Shown piece after piece: positions 15,993-24,000 of a stretch of 24,000 nt of DNA. The translations under genes and the position numbers were made by a program. Source of the DNA: Ornithinibacillus massiliensis (lineage in GTDB: Bacteria > Bacillota > Bacilli > Bacillales > Amphibacillaceae); contig NZ_JAGXBY010000008.1 of assembly GCF_018310345.1 (NCBI RefSeq), positions 3,047-27,046 of the forward strand, given 5' to 3'. The notes beneath the pieces were generated by a model that was given only the letters and a program-made list of their open reading frames with translations, did not search any database and had not been told where the DNA came from. The number at the start of each line of letters is the position of its first letter. Within the stretch, counting starts at the first letter, position 1.

Positions 15993-16796
15993 ATGAAAAT
16001 GACCAGTCTTAAAATGAAAAAAATTCTAGAGGAAAGGCTGTCAGATTCTAATTTTAGTATAAAATACAATAGAGAACAGGATACTTTACGTGTTGAGTGG
16101 AAGAGTTCCAATCAAGGTGTAACGATTAAACTCCCCAATATAATTGGTAAGTATAATGAGCGTGGTGAACAAGCAATAGATGAGCTTGTCGAACATATAT
16201 CAGAATCCTTGAAGATAATGAATCAGTCTTATACCCTTAATGGGATGGAAAAACAAATTTTTCCGGTTGTTCGCTCCACTTCATTTCCAACTAGTTCTAA
16301 GTCGGGTAGTGAACTGTTATATAAAGATCATACAGCGGAAACAAGAATCTTTTATGCGATTGATTTAGGGAAGTCCTATCGATTAGTTGACCAAGCCATG
16401 CTAGAACAGGATGGCTGGACAGAAAAGCGAATTGATGAGATTGCTACTTTTAATTTAAGGTCGTTAGATACTACGTATAAAGTAGATACGGTAGCAGAGA
16501 ACGATTTTTATTTCTTTGCACAGCAAGATGGATATGATGCTAGTAGAATTCTAAATGAATCGTTATTAGAAGAGATGAAGAGAAAAAGTAAAGGGGAATT
16601 AGCTGTTGCGGTACCACACCAAGATGTTTTGATTATAGCTGACATTCAAAACAAGACTGGGTATGATATACTTGCACAGATGACGATGAAATTTTTTACA
16701 GAAGGTAGAATTCCCATTACCTCCTTACCATTTATTTACGAGGATAAGAAGTTAACACCGATATTTATTTTAGCTAAAAATAGACCAGAAAAATAA
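15993..16796 (+). CDS. ytpQ: UPF0354/DUF1444 protein YtpQ
   Basis: Extended similarity to the remembered B. subtilis YtpQ: MKMTS-KM start, PVVRSTSFP, DHTAETRIFYA, DGYDASRILNESLL, AVAVPHQDVLIIADI, AQMTMKFF-EG, PIFILAKNR. RBS AGGAGG is upstream. Confidence 0.9.
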   Translation: MKMTSLKMKKILEERLSDSNFSIKYNREQDTLRVEWKSSNQGVTIKLPNIIGKYNERGEQAIDELVEHISESLKIMNQSYTLNGMEKQIFPVVRSTSFPTSSKSGSELLYKDHTAETRIFYAIDLGKSYRLVDQAMLEQDGWTEKRIDEIATFNLRSLDTTYKVDTVAENDFYFFAQQDGYDASRILNESLLEEMKRKSKGELAVAVPHQDVLIIADIQNKTGYDILAQMTMKFFTEGRIPITSLPFIYEDKKLTPIFILAKNRPEK

Positions 16797-16817
16797 ATAG
16801 TAGAAAGAGTGAGTTTG

Positions 16818-17423
16818 ATGGACGTATTTTATAATCCTAATGGAATTGGTGATGTATTAATCATTCCATTTAAAGAAACCGATGACCGTTACAGTATAAG
16901 TTATGAAACAATTGGTCCAGTAACCAGAATTGTAGACAGCAATCAAGAAGTATTAGGCTATAATATTGCCAATGCTTCGAAGTATTTTGAACTAAAAGAA
17001 ACAGGTAACATTCCATTAACTAATGAACTATTAGATAAAGTGAAGCAAGTATTTGCGGATAATAATATCGATGATGCACTAGACTTAGACCTTAGTCCGA
17101 AGTTTGTTGTAGGTTATGTAGTAGAGAAAACACAACATGAGAATGCTGATAAATTGAGTGTATGTCAAGTAGATGTAGGGAATGAATTACTACAAATCGT
17201 ATGTGGCGCACCAAATGTGGATAAAGGACAAAAAGTAGTTGTTGCCAAAATTGGAGCTACCATGCCTAGTGGTTTAAGAATTAAACCAACTGAACTTCGA
17301 GGAGTACCTTCTAATGGAATGATTTGCTCGCAAAAAGAGCTAGGAATTCCCAATGCTCCAAAGGAAAAAGGAATTTATATCCTAGATGATTCTTATTCAG
17401 TTGGTCAAGCTTTTACTGTATAA
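16818..17423 (+). CDS. ytpR: tRNA-binding-domain protein YtpR (CsaA/EMAP-II/PheT-N-like)
   Basis: [56 protein letters not shown] and [13 protein letters not shown] match the OB-fold tRNA-binding domain and remembered YtpR. Start at ATG 16818 (MDVFYN, compare B. subtilis MNAFYN) rather than GTG 16809. Confidence 0.88.
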   Translation: MDVFYNPNGIGDVLIIPFKETDDRYSISYETIGPVTRIVDSNQEVLGYNIANASKYFELKETGNIPLTNELLDKVKQVFADNNIDDALDLDLSPKFVVGYVVEKTQHENADKLSVCQVDVGNELLQIVCGAPNVDKGQKVVVAKIGATMPSGLRIKPTELRGVPSNGMICSQKELGIPNAPKEKGIYILDDSYSVGQAFTV

Positions 17424-17426
17424 TAG

Positions 17427-17464
17427 AAAGCAACCTATGTTTGACAGCTTAGGTTGCTTTTTCA
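17427..17464 (+). terminator. Rho-independent terminator of ytpQR
   Basis: AAAGCAACCTA (17427-17437) / TAGGTTGCTTT (17450-17460), followed by further T residues. Confidence 0.8.
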
Positions 17465-17572
17465 TTTTAAGATGAGAAAATTATCAATTTTTAATGAATA
17501 AGAAAAGTTTTTCCAGTGAAACGAGATTATATTAGAAATTCTATAAAGGAACAAGAGAAAAGAGTGAATGCA

Positions 17573-19825
17573 ATGTGGGATAGATGGAAGAAAAGAATCG
17601 AAACATTTATTTGGAAGGAAGTAGAAGTAGAAGAAGAAATTGACTATCAAGATGATGAATATACACCAATACAAGATTCTAAATCTGACATTAAAACGAG
17701 GATGGTTTATCAATATCCATACAATAATTCTTACCATATTCCACAAATCTCTAATCCTAATAAAGAGATTAGAAGATCATTAGGAGACATTGAAACACCA
17801 GCATACATACGGAAAGGTAATAGACCTAACAATGCTAAGCAACCTATGCCACAACAAGCTGATGTTGCAAAAACAACAAAAGAAAAAAAGCCCTTTGAAA
17901 GGACAGATGTCCCTTCGCCGATATATGGCTTTAGAGAACGAACAAATAAAGAAGTTAACTCGATTCCAGCATATGTACGAAAAAAGAGACCAACAGAAGT
18001 TACTACTTCTGACTCACACCATAATGATGAGATAAATGCTAACTTGAATTCCTCTGAATCTAGTAATCTAGAAGTCAATCATTTACCAATGCAAGAAGCA
18101 TATGAGGAAATAAGTAATCCACGACCAGATCTTGAGGAGACAGCTAACCTACAAGAAGATAAGGTTGAATATAAGGAACCCTTGCAAGGTAAAGAGGATA
18201 TACAAGAACCCGAGAAAGTTACGCAAATTGCTGATACGAATCATAATAATCAGGAATCGTCATCAATTCCAACATCAGAAGGGGAGAAACAACGAAGTGT
18301 TCCATACAATGTTATAATGACACCTTCAGATAAAAGGAAAATATTACATAAGAAGGTAGAGTATAAACAACAGCCAAAGGTTGAAGTGGAACATGATTCT
18401 GATAACAGTTCTAATCATACAACGGTACCTTTACATTTATTAAATGACCCAGTTGAGAAGAGTAATCTAAATGATCAATGGATACAGGAGCAACAGCAAT
18501 TACTCGAACAGACACTTAAGTATTTCCATGTTCGTGCTAAAGTTGTAAATGCAACACAAGGACCTGCCGTTACTAGATTTGAAGTGCAACCAGAATTAGG
18601 GGTAAAAGTTAGCAAGGTAAAAAACTTAAGTGATGATCTGAAGTTGAATATGTCTGCGAAGGATATTCGGATAGAAGCTCCTATCCCAGGCAAGAACACG
18701 ATTGGAATAGAAGTTCCTAATCCGACCTCGCAAATGGTTGGACTTTCTGAAATAATTGGTTCTAATTCGTTTAAAGATAGTTCCTCACCATTAAGCATCG
18801 CTTTAGGGCTAAATATTGAGGGAGCTCCTATCGTGACGAACATTCAAAAAATGCCACATGGCTTAATTGCTGGTGCTACTGGATCTGGTAAGAGTGTATG
18901 TATTAATACAATATTGTTAAGCTTAATTTATAAGGCACATCATGACGATGTCAAATTTATACTAATAGATCCGAAGATGGTGGAGCTTGCACCATATAAC
19001 GGCATACCACATCTTGTATCTCCGGTTATTACGGATGTTAAAGCAGCAACAGCTGCATTAAAATGGGCAGTAAATGAAATGGAAGAACGTTATGAGAAGT
19101 TTGTCCAAGAAGGTGTCCGGGATATTGAGCGCTATAATCAAAAAGTATTAAAGCAAGGTCGAGGACATGAAAAAATGCCGTTTATTGTCATTGTAATAGA
19201 TGAATTAGCGGATCTGATGATGGTATCACCTCAGGATGTAGAGGATGCGATTAGTAGAATTGCGCAAAAGGCTAGGGCATGTGGTATACATTTATTATTA
19301 GCAACTCAACGCCCTTCTGTCGATGTATTAACAGGACTAATCAAAGCGAATATTCCTACTAGAATTGCATTTAGTGTGTCCTCGCAAGTTGATTCTAGGA
19401 CAATTATTGATACTGGTGGTGCAGAAAAGCTGTTAGGTAAAGGTGATATGCTCTTTGTTGAAAATGGAGCTGGTAAAAGTGTCCGTCTACAAGGGCCATT
19501 TGTTTCTGATGAGGAAATCGAACGAGTTACTAGCTATGTTAGCTCTTTAGCGGAGCCAAATTATTTATTCGAACAAGAATCATTGTTAAAGCAATTTGAA
19601 GCTGATGAGGAAGAGGATGAGCTCCTAACAGAAGCAATTCAATTTGTGTATAACCATGACAGTGCAAGTACCTCCTTATTACAACGACATTTTAAAATAG
19701 GGTATAATCGAGCAGCTAGGTTAATTGATGCACTTGAATATAAAGGAATTATTTCTGGTCAAAATGGTAGTAAGCCTAGGGATGTCCTAATTACCAAGGC
19801 AGAGCTAGAAGAACTATTATCTTAA
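17573..19825 (+). CDS. sftA: Soluble FtsK/SpoIIIE-family DNA translocase SftA (no TM domain; long disordered N-terminal region)
   Basis: Walker A GATGSGKSV, Walker B IVIVIDELADLMM, LLLATQRPSVDV, and a C-terminal winged-helix gamma domain (STSLLQRHFKIGYNRAARLIDALEYKGIIS). No hydrophobic N-terminus. The start is uncertain: ATG 17573 is preferred (AAAGAG-type RBS ~8 nt upstream) over GTG 17516, which has no RBS. Confidence 0.85.
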   Translation: MWDRWKKRIETFIWKEVEVEEEIDYQDDEYTPIQDSKSDIKTRMVYQYPYNNSYHIPQISNPNKEIRRSLGDIETPAYIRKGNRPNNAKQPMPQQADVAKTTKEKKPFERTDVPSPIYGFRERTNKEVNSIPAYVRKKRPTEVTTSDSHHNDEINANLNSSESSNLEVNHLPMQEAYEEISNPRPDLEETANLQEDKVEYKEPLQGKEDIQEPEKVTQIADTNHNNQESSSIPTSEGEKQRSVPYNVIMTPSDKRKILHKKVEYKQQPKVEVEHDSDNSSNHTTVPLHLLNDPVEKSNLNDQWIQEQQQLLEQTLKYFHVRAKVVNATQGPAVTRFEVQPELGVKVSKVKNLSDDLKLNMSAKDIRIEAPIPGKNTIGIEVPNPTSQMVGLSEIIGSNSFKDSSSPLSIALGLNIEGAPIVTNIQKMPHGLIAGATGSGKSVCINTILLSLIYKAHHDDVKFILIDPKMVELAPYNGIPHLVSPVITDVKAATAALKWAVNEMEERYEKFVQEGVRDIERYNQKVLKQGRGHEKMPFIVIVIDELADLMMVSPQDVEDAISRIAQKARACGIHLLLATQRPSVDVLTGLIKANIPTRIAFSVSSQVDSRTIIDTGGAEKLLGKGDMLFVENGAGKSVRLQGPFVSDEEIERVTSYVSSLAEPNYLFEQESLLKQFEADEEEDELLTEAIQFVYNHDSASTSLLQRHFKIGYNRAARLIDALEYKGIISGQNGSKPRDVLITKAELEELLS

Positions 19826-19906
19826 ACGGATACAAGTAGCGTTTACTTGTTAAAATAGGTTACTGGATATATGATATTATAGGGAATATGTTAGAAGGAG
19901 ACTACT

Positions 19907-21016
19907 ATGAAAGAGATAGAACAAAAGCTAAGCGGTCAAATAGACCGTTTAACAAATAAAACGTTTAAATTTGATAAACGAATTAAAGAAGGCTGGTTTT
20001 CAGCAGTTTATTTTTTAAAGACGAAAGAAATAGTTGAGAAAAAGGTGCCGAATAATCATGTAACAATGCAATTCTTCCAAAAGAAGGATGCTGTACTTTG
20101 TGGAACAGACGAAGCAATTGCACTCGTTCATACCTTTGCAGATCATCCAGAAAAGCTAGAAATACATTCCTTAAAAGATGGGGATAAAATTAGCCCATTT
20201 GAAACGGTACTTACTATCTCAGGCCCTTACCAGGAGTTTGGTTACTTAGAAGGGATTATTGATGGGATTTTGGCTAGAAGAACATCTATTGCTACAAATG
20301 TATATAATGTTGTAAAAGCGGCAAGATCGTCTGGTAAGCAGAAGCCAGTTATTTTCATGGGGGACCGTGATGACCATTATACAACGCAAGCCGGGGATGG
20401 TTATGCGGCATTTATAGGTGGTTCTACTGCTCAAGCAACACACGCCATGAATGAGTGGTGGGGCAAAGAAGGTATGGGTACGATGCCACATGCACTGATT
20501 CAAATGTTTAAAGGTGATGTTGTTGCAGCGATGGAGGCATACCATGAAGTATACCCTAATGATGATTTAGTAGCACTCGTCGATTATAATAATGATGTTA
20601 TTACCGATTCATTAAAAGTTGCACGTGCATTCGGTGAAAAGCTTAAAGGTGTTCGTCTGGATACTTCCAATACATTAGTGGATAAATATTTTCTCCGAAA
20701 TCATCATGTTATGGGGGCGTTTGATCCAAGAGGAGTAAATCCTGAACTTGTATTTGCCCTAAGAAAGGCGCTTGACGACAACGGATTTCAACATGTTGAA
20801 ATCGTTGCGACAGGTGGGTTCACTGAAGAGAAAATCCGATATTTTGAATCGTTAGGTGTTCCGGTTAATACCTATGGTGTAGGTAGAAGTTTACTGCAGC
20901 AAGATATTGGCTTTACTGGTGATAATGTATTATTAAATGGGTCTCCAGAAGCAAAAAATGGCCGACGTTATCGTCCTAATCCACGACTAGAAAAAGTGGA
21001 ATATCATAAGGCTTAA
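19907..21016 (+). CDS. Nicotinate phosphoribosyltransferase-family protein (short, type II PRTase fold)
   Basis: Size is 369 aa. Pattern typical of the NAPRT/QPRT superfamily (GTDEAIAL, GILARRTSIATN, GTMPHALIQ, LKGVRLDTS, IVATGGF, YGVG). RBS GAAGGAG is upstream. Substrate is not determinable from sequence alone. Confidence 0.6.
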   Translation: MKEIEQKLSGQIDRLTNKTFKFDKRIKEGWFSAVYFLKTKEIVEKKVPNNHVTMQFFQKKDAVLCGTDEAIALVHTFADHPEKLEIHSLKDGDKISPFETVLTISGPYQEFGYLEGIIDGILARRTSIATNVYNVVKAARSSGKQKPVIFMGDRDDHYTTQAGDGYAAFIGGSTAQATHAMNEWWGKEGMGTMPHALIQMFKGDVVAAMEAYHEVYPNDDLVALVDYNNDVITDSLKVARAFGEKLKGVRLDTSNTLVDKYFLRNHHVMGAFDPRGVNPELVFALRKALDDNGFQHVEIVATGGFTEEKIRYFESLGVPVNTYGVGRSLLQQDIGFTGDNVLLNGSPEAKNGRRYRPNPRLEKVEYHKA

Positions 21017-21072
21017 ATACGTTCTAGTGGTTATGATACATCGAAATAACTATTTTATAACTACATTATATT

Positions 21073-21081
21073 TGGTATAAT
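21073..21081 (+). promoter_or_regulatory. Candidate extended -10 sigma-A promoter upstream of murC
   Basis: TGgTATAAT (TG at 21073-21074, TATAAT at 21076-21081). The -35 is poor. It would give a ~100-nt leader. Confidence 0.4.
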
Positions 21082-21189
21082 TATTTAATGTTATTACAAT
21101 TTATTTAGTAGTAAACGACTAGGTGCTATTGTTCGGAAAGTATGCACATCCCGTGTTGTTCTTACACATATAGTTGGAGGTTCTTTTTT

Positions 21190-22491
21190 ATGACAACTTA
21201 CCATTTTATTGGTATAAAGGGTACTGGAATGAGTGCTTTAGCACAAATTCTTCATGATTCTGGAGAAAAAGTGCAAGGCTCAGATGTGGAAAAGCAATTT
21301 TTCACCCAGGAAGCTCTTGAATCAAAAAACATACCGATTTATCCTTTTTCAAAGGAGAATATTACTGATGGTTTAACGATTATTGCAGGTAATGCGTTTT
21401 CAGATGAACATGTTGAAATCCAAGAGGCAAAACGTAAAGGGTTAGTTTTCTACCGTTATCATGAATTCCTAGGAGAATGGTTGAAGCAATATACGAGTAT
21501 TGCCGTAACGGGAGCTCATGGTAAAACCTCTACGACAGGATTATTAGCACATGTTCTAAATTCATCCTATCCAATTTCATATCTTATTGGTGACGGAACT
21601 GGAAATGGACATGTAGATAGCAATTACTTTGTATTTGAAGCATGTGAGTATCGTAGACATTTTCTTAGTTATGAACCAGATTATGCAATCATGACCAATA
21701 TCGATTTTGATCACCCTGATTACTTTTCAAGTATCAATGATGTATTTGATGCATTTCAGTCTATGGCTGATAATGTTAAAAAGGGTATAATCGCTTGTGG
21801 AGATGATGAAAAACTACAGCAAATTCAAGCGAAGGTGCCAGTAGTTTATTACGGATTTTTACCAACAAATGATTTCCAAGCCCAAAATGTGAAGGAAACA
21901 GAAGAGGGTACAAAATTCGATGTATTTGTTCGGAATACGTATTATGATACATTTACCATTCCAATGTATGGGAATCATCATGTATTAAATGCACTAGCAG
22001 TTATAGCGATTTGCCATTATGAAGGTATGGATGCAGATGCGATGAAACATATTAGTACCTTTAAGGGTGTTAAACGTCGTTTTAGCGAAAAGAAAATCAG
22101 CAACCAAATCATTATTGATGATTATGCACACCATCCTAGAGAAATTACGGCTACTATAGAATCTGCTAGGAAGAAATATCCTAATAAAGAGGTAGTTGCT
22201 ATTTTCCAACCGCATACCTTTACAAGGACTAAGACTTTTTTACAAGAATTTGCAGACAGTCTAAATGAAGCGGATTCTATTTATTTATGTGAGATTTTTG
22301 CATCTGCTAGGGAAGATAGTGGACAATTAACGATTAACGATTTGCAAAAATTGATACCAAATAGTATCATTCTCGAACTCGAGAAAGTTAAAGAATTAAT
22401 GAAGCATGAAGATAGTGTGTTAATCTTCATGGGTGCTGGTGATATTCAAAAATTCCAGCATGCCTATGAGGATGCATTATCTGCTAAATAA
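21190..22491 (+). CDS. murC: UDP-N-acetylmuramate--L-alanine ligase
   Basis: [22 protein letters not shown]-terminus, ATP-binding motif [12 protein letters not shown], and DDYAHHP. Start at ATG 21190 with GGAGG 9 nt upstream. The track's 16-codon extension (21142) is spurious. Confidence 0.93.
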   Translation: MTTYHFIGIKGTGMSALAQILHDSGEKVQGSDVEKQFFTQEALESKNIPIYPFSKENITDGLTIIAGNAFSDEHVEIQEAKRKGLVFYRYHEFLGEWLKQYTSIAVTGAHGKTSTTGLLAHVLNSSYPISYLIGDGTGNGHVDSNYFVFEACEYRRHFLSYEPDYAIMTNIDFDHPDYFSSINDVFDAFQSMADNVKKGIIACGDDEKLQQIQAKVPVVYYGFLPTNDFQAQNVKETEEGTKFDVFVRNTYYDTFTIPMYGNHHVLNALAVIAICHYEGMDADAMKHISTFKGVKRRFSEKKISNQIIIDDYAHHPREITATIESARKKYPNKEVVAIFQPHTFTRTKTFLQEFADSLNEADSIYLCEIFASAREDSGQLTINDLQKLIPNSIILELEKVKELMKHEDSVLIFMGAGDIQKFQHAYEDALSAK

Positions 22492-22503
22492 ATGGATACA
22501 ACT

Positions 22504-22539
22504 AAAAAAAGTCTGTTGCTATAGCAACAGACTTTTTTT
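22504..22539. terminator. Rho-independent terminator of murC (A-run/T-run flanked)
   Basis: GTCTGTTGC (22511-22519), loop TATA, GCAACAGAC (22524-22532). It is preceded by A7 and followed by T7. Confidence 0.85.
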
Positions 22540-22592
22540 AGAAAAAATTAAGGTAAAAGATGGTAATTAGCCCCTGTTCCATTCGCTTTTTG

Positions 22593-22621
22593 ATAGGAAA
22601 ATAATACATCTATTAGAATTA
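22593..22621 (+). promoter_or_regulatory. Sigma-H-like promoter candidate upstream of ytxG
   Basis: atAGGAaaa (22593-22601), 11-nt spacer, ttaGAATta (22613-22621). Compare the remembered consensus RNAGGAWWW-N11/12-RNNGAATWW; there is one mismatch, at the R of the -10 element. Confidence 0.3.
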
Positions 22622-22704
22622 TCTGCTACAAATCAGTCGAATTTTATGATAGAAAACCCTATAATGGAGATATACTAAGATAGAGCTAAAGATATAATGC
22701 CAAT

Positions 22705-22730
22705 GTTTAAATGTCGAAAAATGAGGGAAT
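22705..22730 (+). promoter_or_regulatory. Sigma-B-type general-stress promoter of ytxG-ytxH
   Basis: GTTTAA (22705-22710), 14-nt spacer, GGGAAT (22725-22730). This is a very close fit to the sigma-B consensus GTTTAA-N12-15-GGG(A/T)A(A/T). It lies ~60 nt upstream of the ytxG start. Confidence 0.65.
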
Positions 22731-22790
22731 CTCTTAATATGTACAAGCACATGCATATTGGCAATTATACATGGAAGGGATGGTTATCAG

Positions 22791-23192
22791 ATGGAAGTAA
22801 TATTATATATTGCTGCTCTTATTGCTGCAGTTGCTTTTGCAGTGCTAGTAGTATATTTGGCAATGACACTAAAGGCTTCAACGCGCACACTAAATAATGT
22901 TGCGAATACGCTTGAAGGTCTTGAGAAGCAAATGCAAGGTATTACAACCGAGACAACGGAATTATTACACAAAACAAATGCACTTGCAGAGGATGTCAAT
23001 CAAAAAACGGCTAAACTAGATGGTTTGTTCGATGGAGTAAAGGGAATTGGAGAAACCGTGCAAGATTTTAATCAAACTTTAAAACAATTTTCATCAAGTA
23101 TTTCTAGATCGATGGCAGAGAATCAAGATAAGGCATCACAAGCCGTAACATGGGGTGCCGCACTATTTGATTTCATAAAAAAGAGAAAGTAA
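22791..23192 (+). CDS. ytxG: DUF948 general stress protein YtxG
   Basis: N-terminal TM helix (ILYIAALIAAVAFAVLVVYLAMTL) followed by a coiled-coil region, as in the YtxG/DUF948 family. Start at ATG 22791 (RBS GGAAGGGA); the track's TTG 22758 adds 11 unsupported codons. Confidence 0.8.
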   Translation: MEVILYIAALIAAVAFAVLVVYLAMTLKASTRTLNNVANTLEGLEKQMQGITTETTELLHKTNALAEDVNQKTAKLDGLFDGVKGIGETVQDFNQTLKQFSSSISRSMAENQDKASQAVTWGAALFDFIKKRK

Positions 23193-23208
23193 AGGGAGGA
23201 AGATTTAG

Positions 23209-23553
23209 ATGGCAGATAATAATGGTAGAGATTTTGTAGTTGGTGCAGTAATTGGTGCAGCAGTAGGAGCCGGTCTAGCTTTATTATTCGCTCCAAAGTC
23301 TGGAAAAGAATTACGTGGGGATATAAATGAAGGGGCTCAACAAGTACGTGAGCGCGCTACCGAATGGAAAGATGTTGCACAAGCTAAAGGCTTGGAATGG
23401 AAAGAAATTGCGACTGAAAAGGGCTCTGAATTAAAACAAAAAACACAAGAAATTACCTCCAATGTTCAAAACAAAATACAGGATCTACGTAAAACAGAGA
23501 AGAGCGCGGCAGAGGATACTTCTAAAGGCGATGCTGTAGAGCAAAATCAATAA
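23209..23553 (+). CDS. ytxH: YtxH-domain general stress protein
   Basis: GAVIGAAVGAGLALLFAPKSGKELR is the signature of the YtxH domain. RBS AGGGAGGAAG is upstream. It lies 16 nt after ytxG. Confidence 0.85.
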   Translation: MADNNGRDFVVGAVIGAAVGAGLALLFAPKSGKELRGDINEGAQQVRERATEWKDVAQAKGLEWKEIATEKGSELKQKTQEITSNVQNKIQDLRKTEKSAAEDTSKGDAVEQNQ

Positions 23554-23722
23554 ATAGAAGTGGGTCCACAACAAAGGGTAATGATTAACCCTACTCGATT
23601 AAATTATTTAAAGAAATAAACATGAAGAAGATCTCATAATAGAACAGCATTACATTTGAAGTACAGTACTAATTAGTTAAGTTCAGAGGTATATAGACGC
23701 CCAAAAAATTTCTTCAGAATGA

Positions 23723-23774
23723 AAAGGCCGAACTAATTCCCATTTGATTAAAGAATGGAATTAGTTCGGCCTTT
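23723..23774 (-). terminator. Long hairpin terminator of the minus-strand gene at the window edge
   Basis: Perfect 18-bp stem AAAGGCCGAACTAATTCC (23723-23740) / GGAATTAGTTCGGCCTTT (23757-23774). On the minus strand it is followed by a short U-tract (TTTTC). It may also stop ytxH read-through. Confidence 0.65.
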
Positions 23775-23796
23775 CTTGATTTAATTGGCGATTGAT

Positions 23797-24000
23797 TTAT
23801 CCCCAAACAATAGCCAATCTATCACCGGCTATAATTTGTTCATAAAAAGTAGTAGGCTGATCATTTTTCGTTAATACGAAATTTCCATTTGCGTTAGACA
23901 AATCAATATCTACAAAGCGAAAAACATCTTGGAATACAAACGGTTCAATGTTCTTTTCTTCAATGAAAATCTGGTCATTTGGATATAGTTCATCATCTAA
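23797..24000 (-). CDS. 3' end of an unidentified minus-strand gene (67 C-terminal codons; continues beyond the window)
   Basis: Not in the supplied track. The reverse complement reads an open frame, LDDELYPNDQIFIEEKNIEPFVFQDVFRFVDIDLSNANGNFVLTKNDQPTTFYEQIIAGDRLAIVWG*, with stop TAA (complement of 23797-23799), followed by the 23723-23774 terminator. I do not recognise the family. Confidence 0.5.
   Translation of the reverse strand, partial: LDDELYPNDQIFIEEKNIEPFVFQDVFRFVDIDLSNANGNFVLTKNDQPTTFYEQIIAGDRLAIVWG

Noticed and set aside
15872-16111. 79-aa minus-strand ORF spanning the ytpQ start region.
   Set aside because: It overlaps the ytpQ RBS and start and its candidate promoter. It has no RBS and an implausible composition.
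17462-18317. ORFs 17462-17746(-), 17731-18078(-), 17790-18035(+) and 18132-18317(+) in the sftA 5' region.
   Set aside because: The low-complexity, A/G-rich coding sequence of the SftA linker leaves alternative frames open. None has an RBS, and the translations are homopolymer-like or basic junk.
19832-19850. Hairpin ACAAGTA-GCGTT-TACTTGT after sftA as a terminator.
   Set aside because: The stem is only 7 bp, AT-rich and has no U-tract. It may be insignificant, so it is not listed as a feature.
22697-22999. ORFs 22697-22897(+) and 22787-22999(-) overlapping ytxG.
   Set aside because: The first would start inside the sigma-B promoter and is out of frame with the recognisable DUF948 protein. 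The second is antisense shadow.
1-24000. Search for a defence system, mobile island or other novel multi-gene system (integrase, transposase, cas, RM, TA, reverse transcriptase, phage structural genes, CRISPR array).
   Set aside because: Every sizeable ORF is explained by a recognisable housekeeping or metabolic family, or by conserved 'yt' synteny. No such hallmark genes or arrays are visible. Claiming a new system would not be supported by the sequence.

Overview
AT-rich Firmicutes chromosome, read here as Bacillaceae but not B. subtilis itself. The backbone is the conserved B. subtilis 'yt' housekeeping neighbourhood: ytgP/murJ (3' part), an RsuA-type pseudouridine synthase, thpR, a ytlQ-position ORF, ytmP, ytzH, trmB, ytnP, ytzB, ytoP, ytoQ, ytpQ, ytpR, sftA, murC, ytxG and ytxH. 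Three blocks look inserted relative to my recollection of that order. (1) A mannitol PTS operon mtlA(EIICBA)-mtlR-mtlD plus a YjjX-like NTPase sits between ytoP and ytoQ. (2) An anchored hypothetical occupies the position where ytpP would be expected. (3) A short-form nicotinate phosphoribosyltransferase-family gene lies between sftA and murC. Many ORF-track starts are over-extended; I re-called trmB, ytnP, mtlA, mtlR, mtlD, ytpR, sftA, murC and ytxG from RBS position and the conserved N-terminus. One partial minus-strand CDS at the 3' edge is missing from the track. I see no integrase, transposase, CRISPR/cas, restriction-modification, toxin-antitoxin or phage genes, and I cannot support a novel multi-gene system here. 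The most unusual items are: (a) a ~336-nt nested-palindromic, GC-enriched element with an internal 40-nt tandem duplication, sitting on the mtlD terminator; (b) two or three FtsZ-C-terminal-peptide-like motifs (PAY[IV]RK) in the disordered N-terminal region of SftA; (c) a ~24-nt motif shared by two intergenic regions; (d) a 488-bp unexplained non-coding gap. All function calls rest on motif recognition and remembered synteny, not on database searches.
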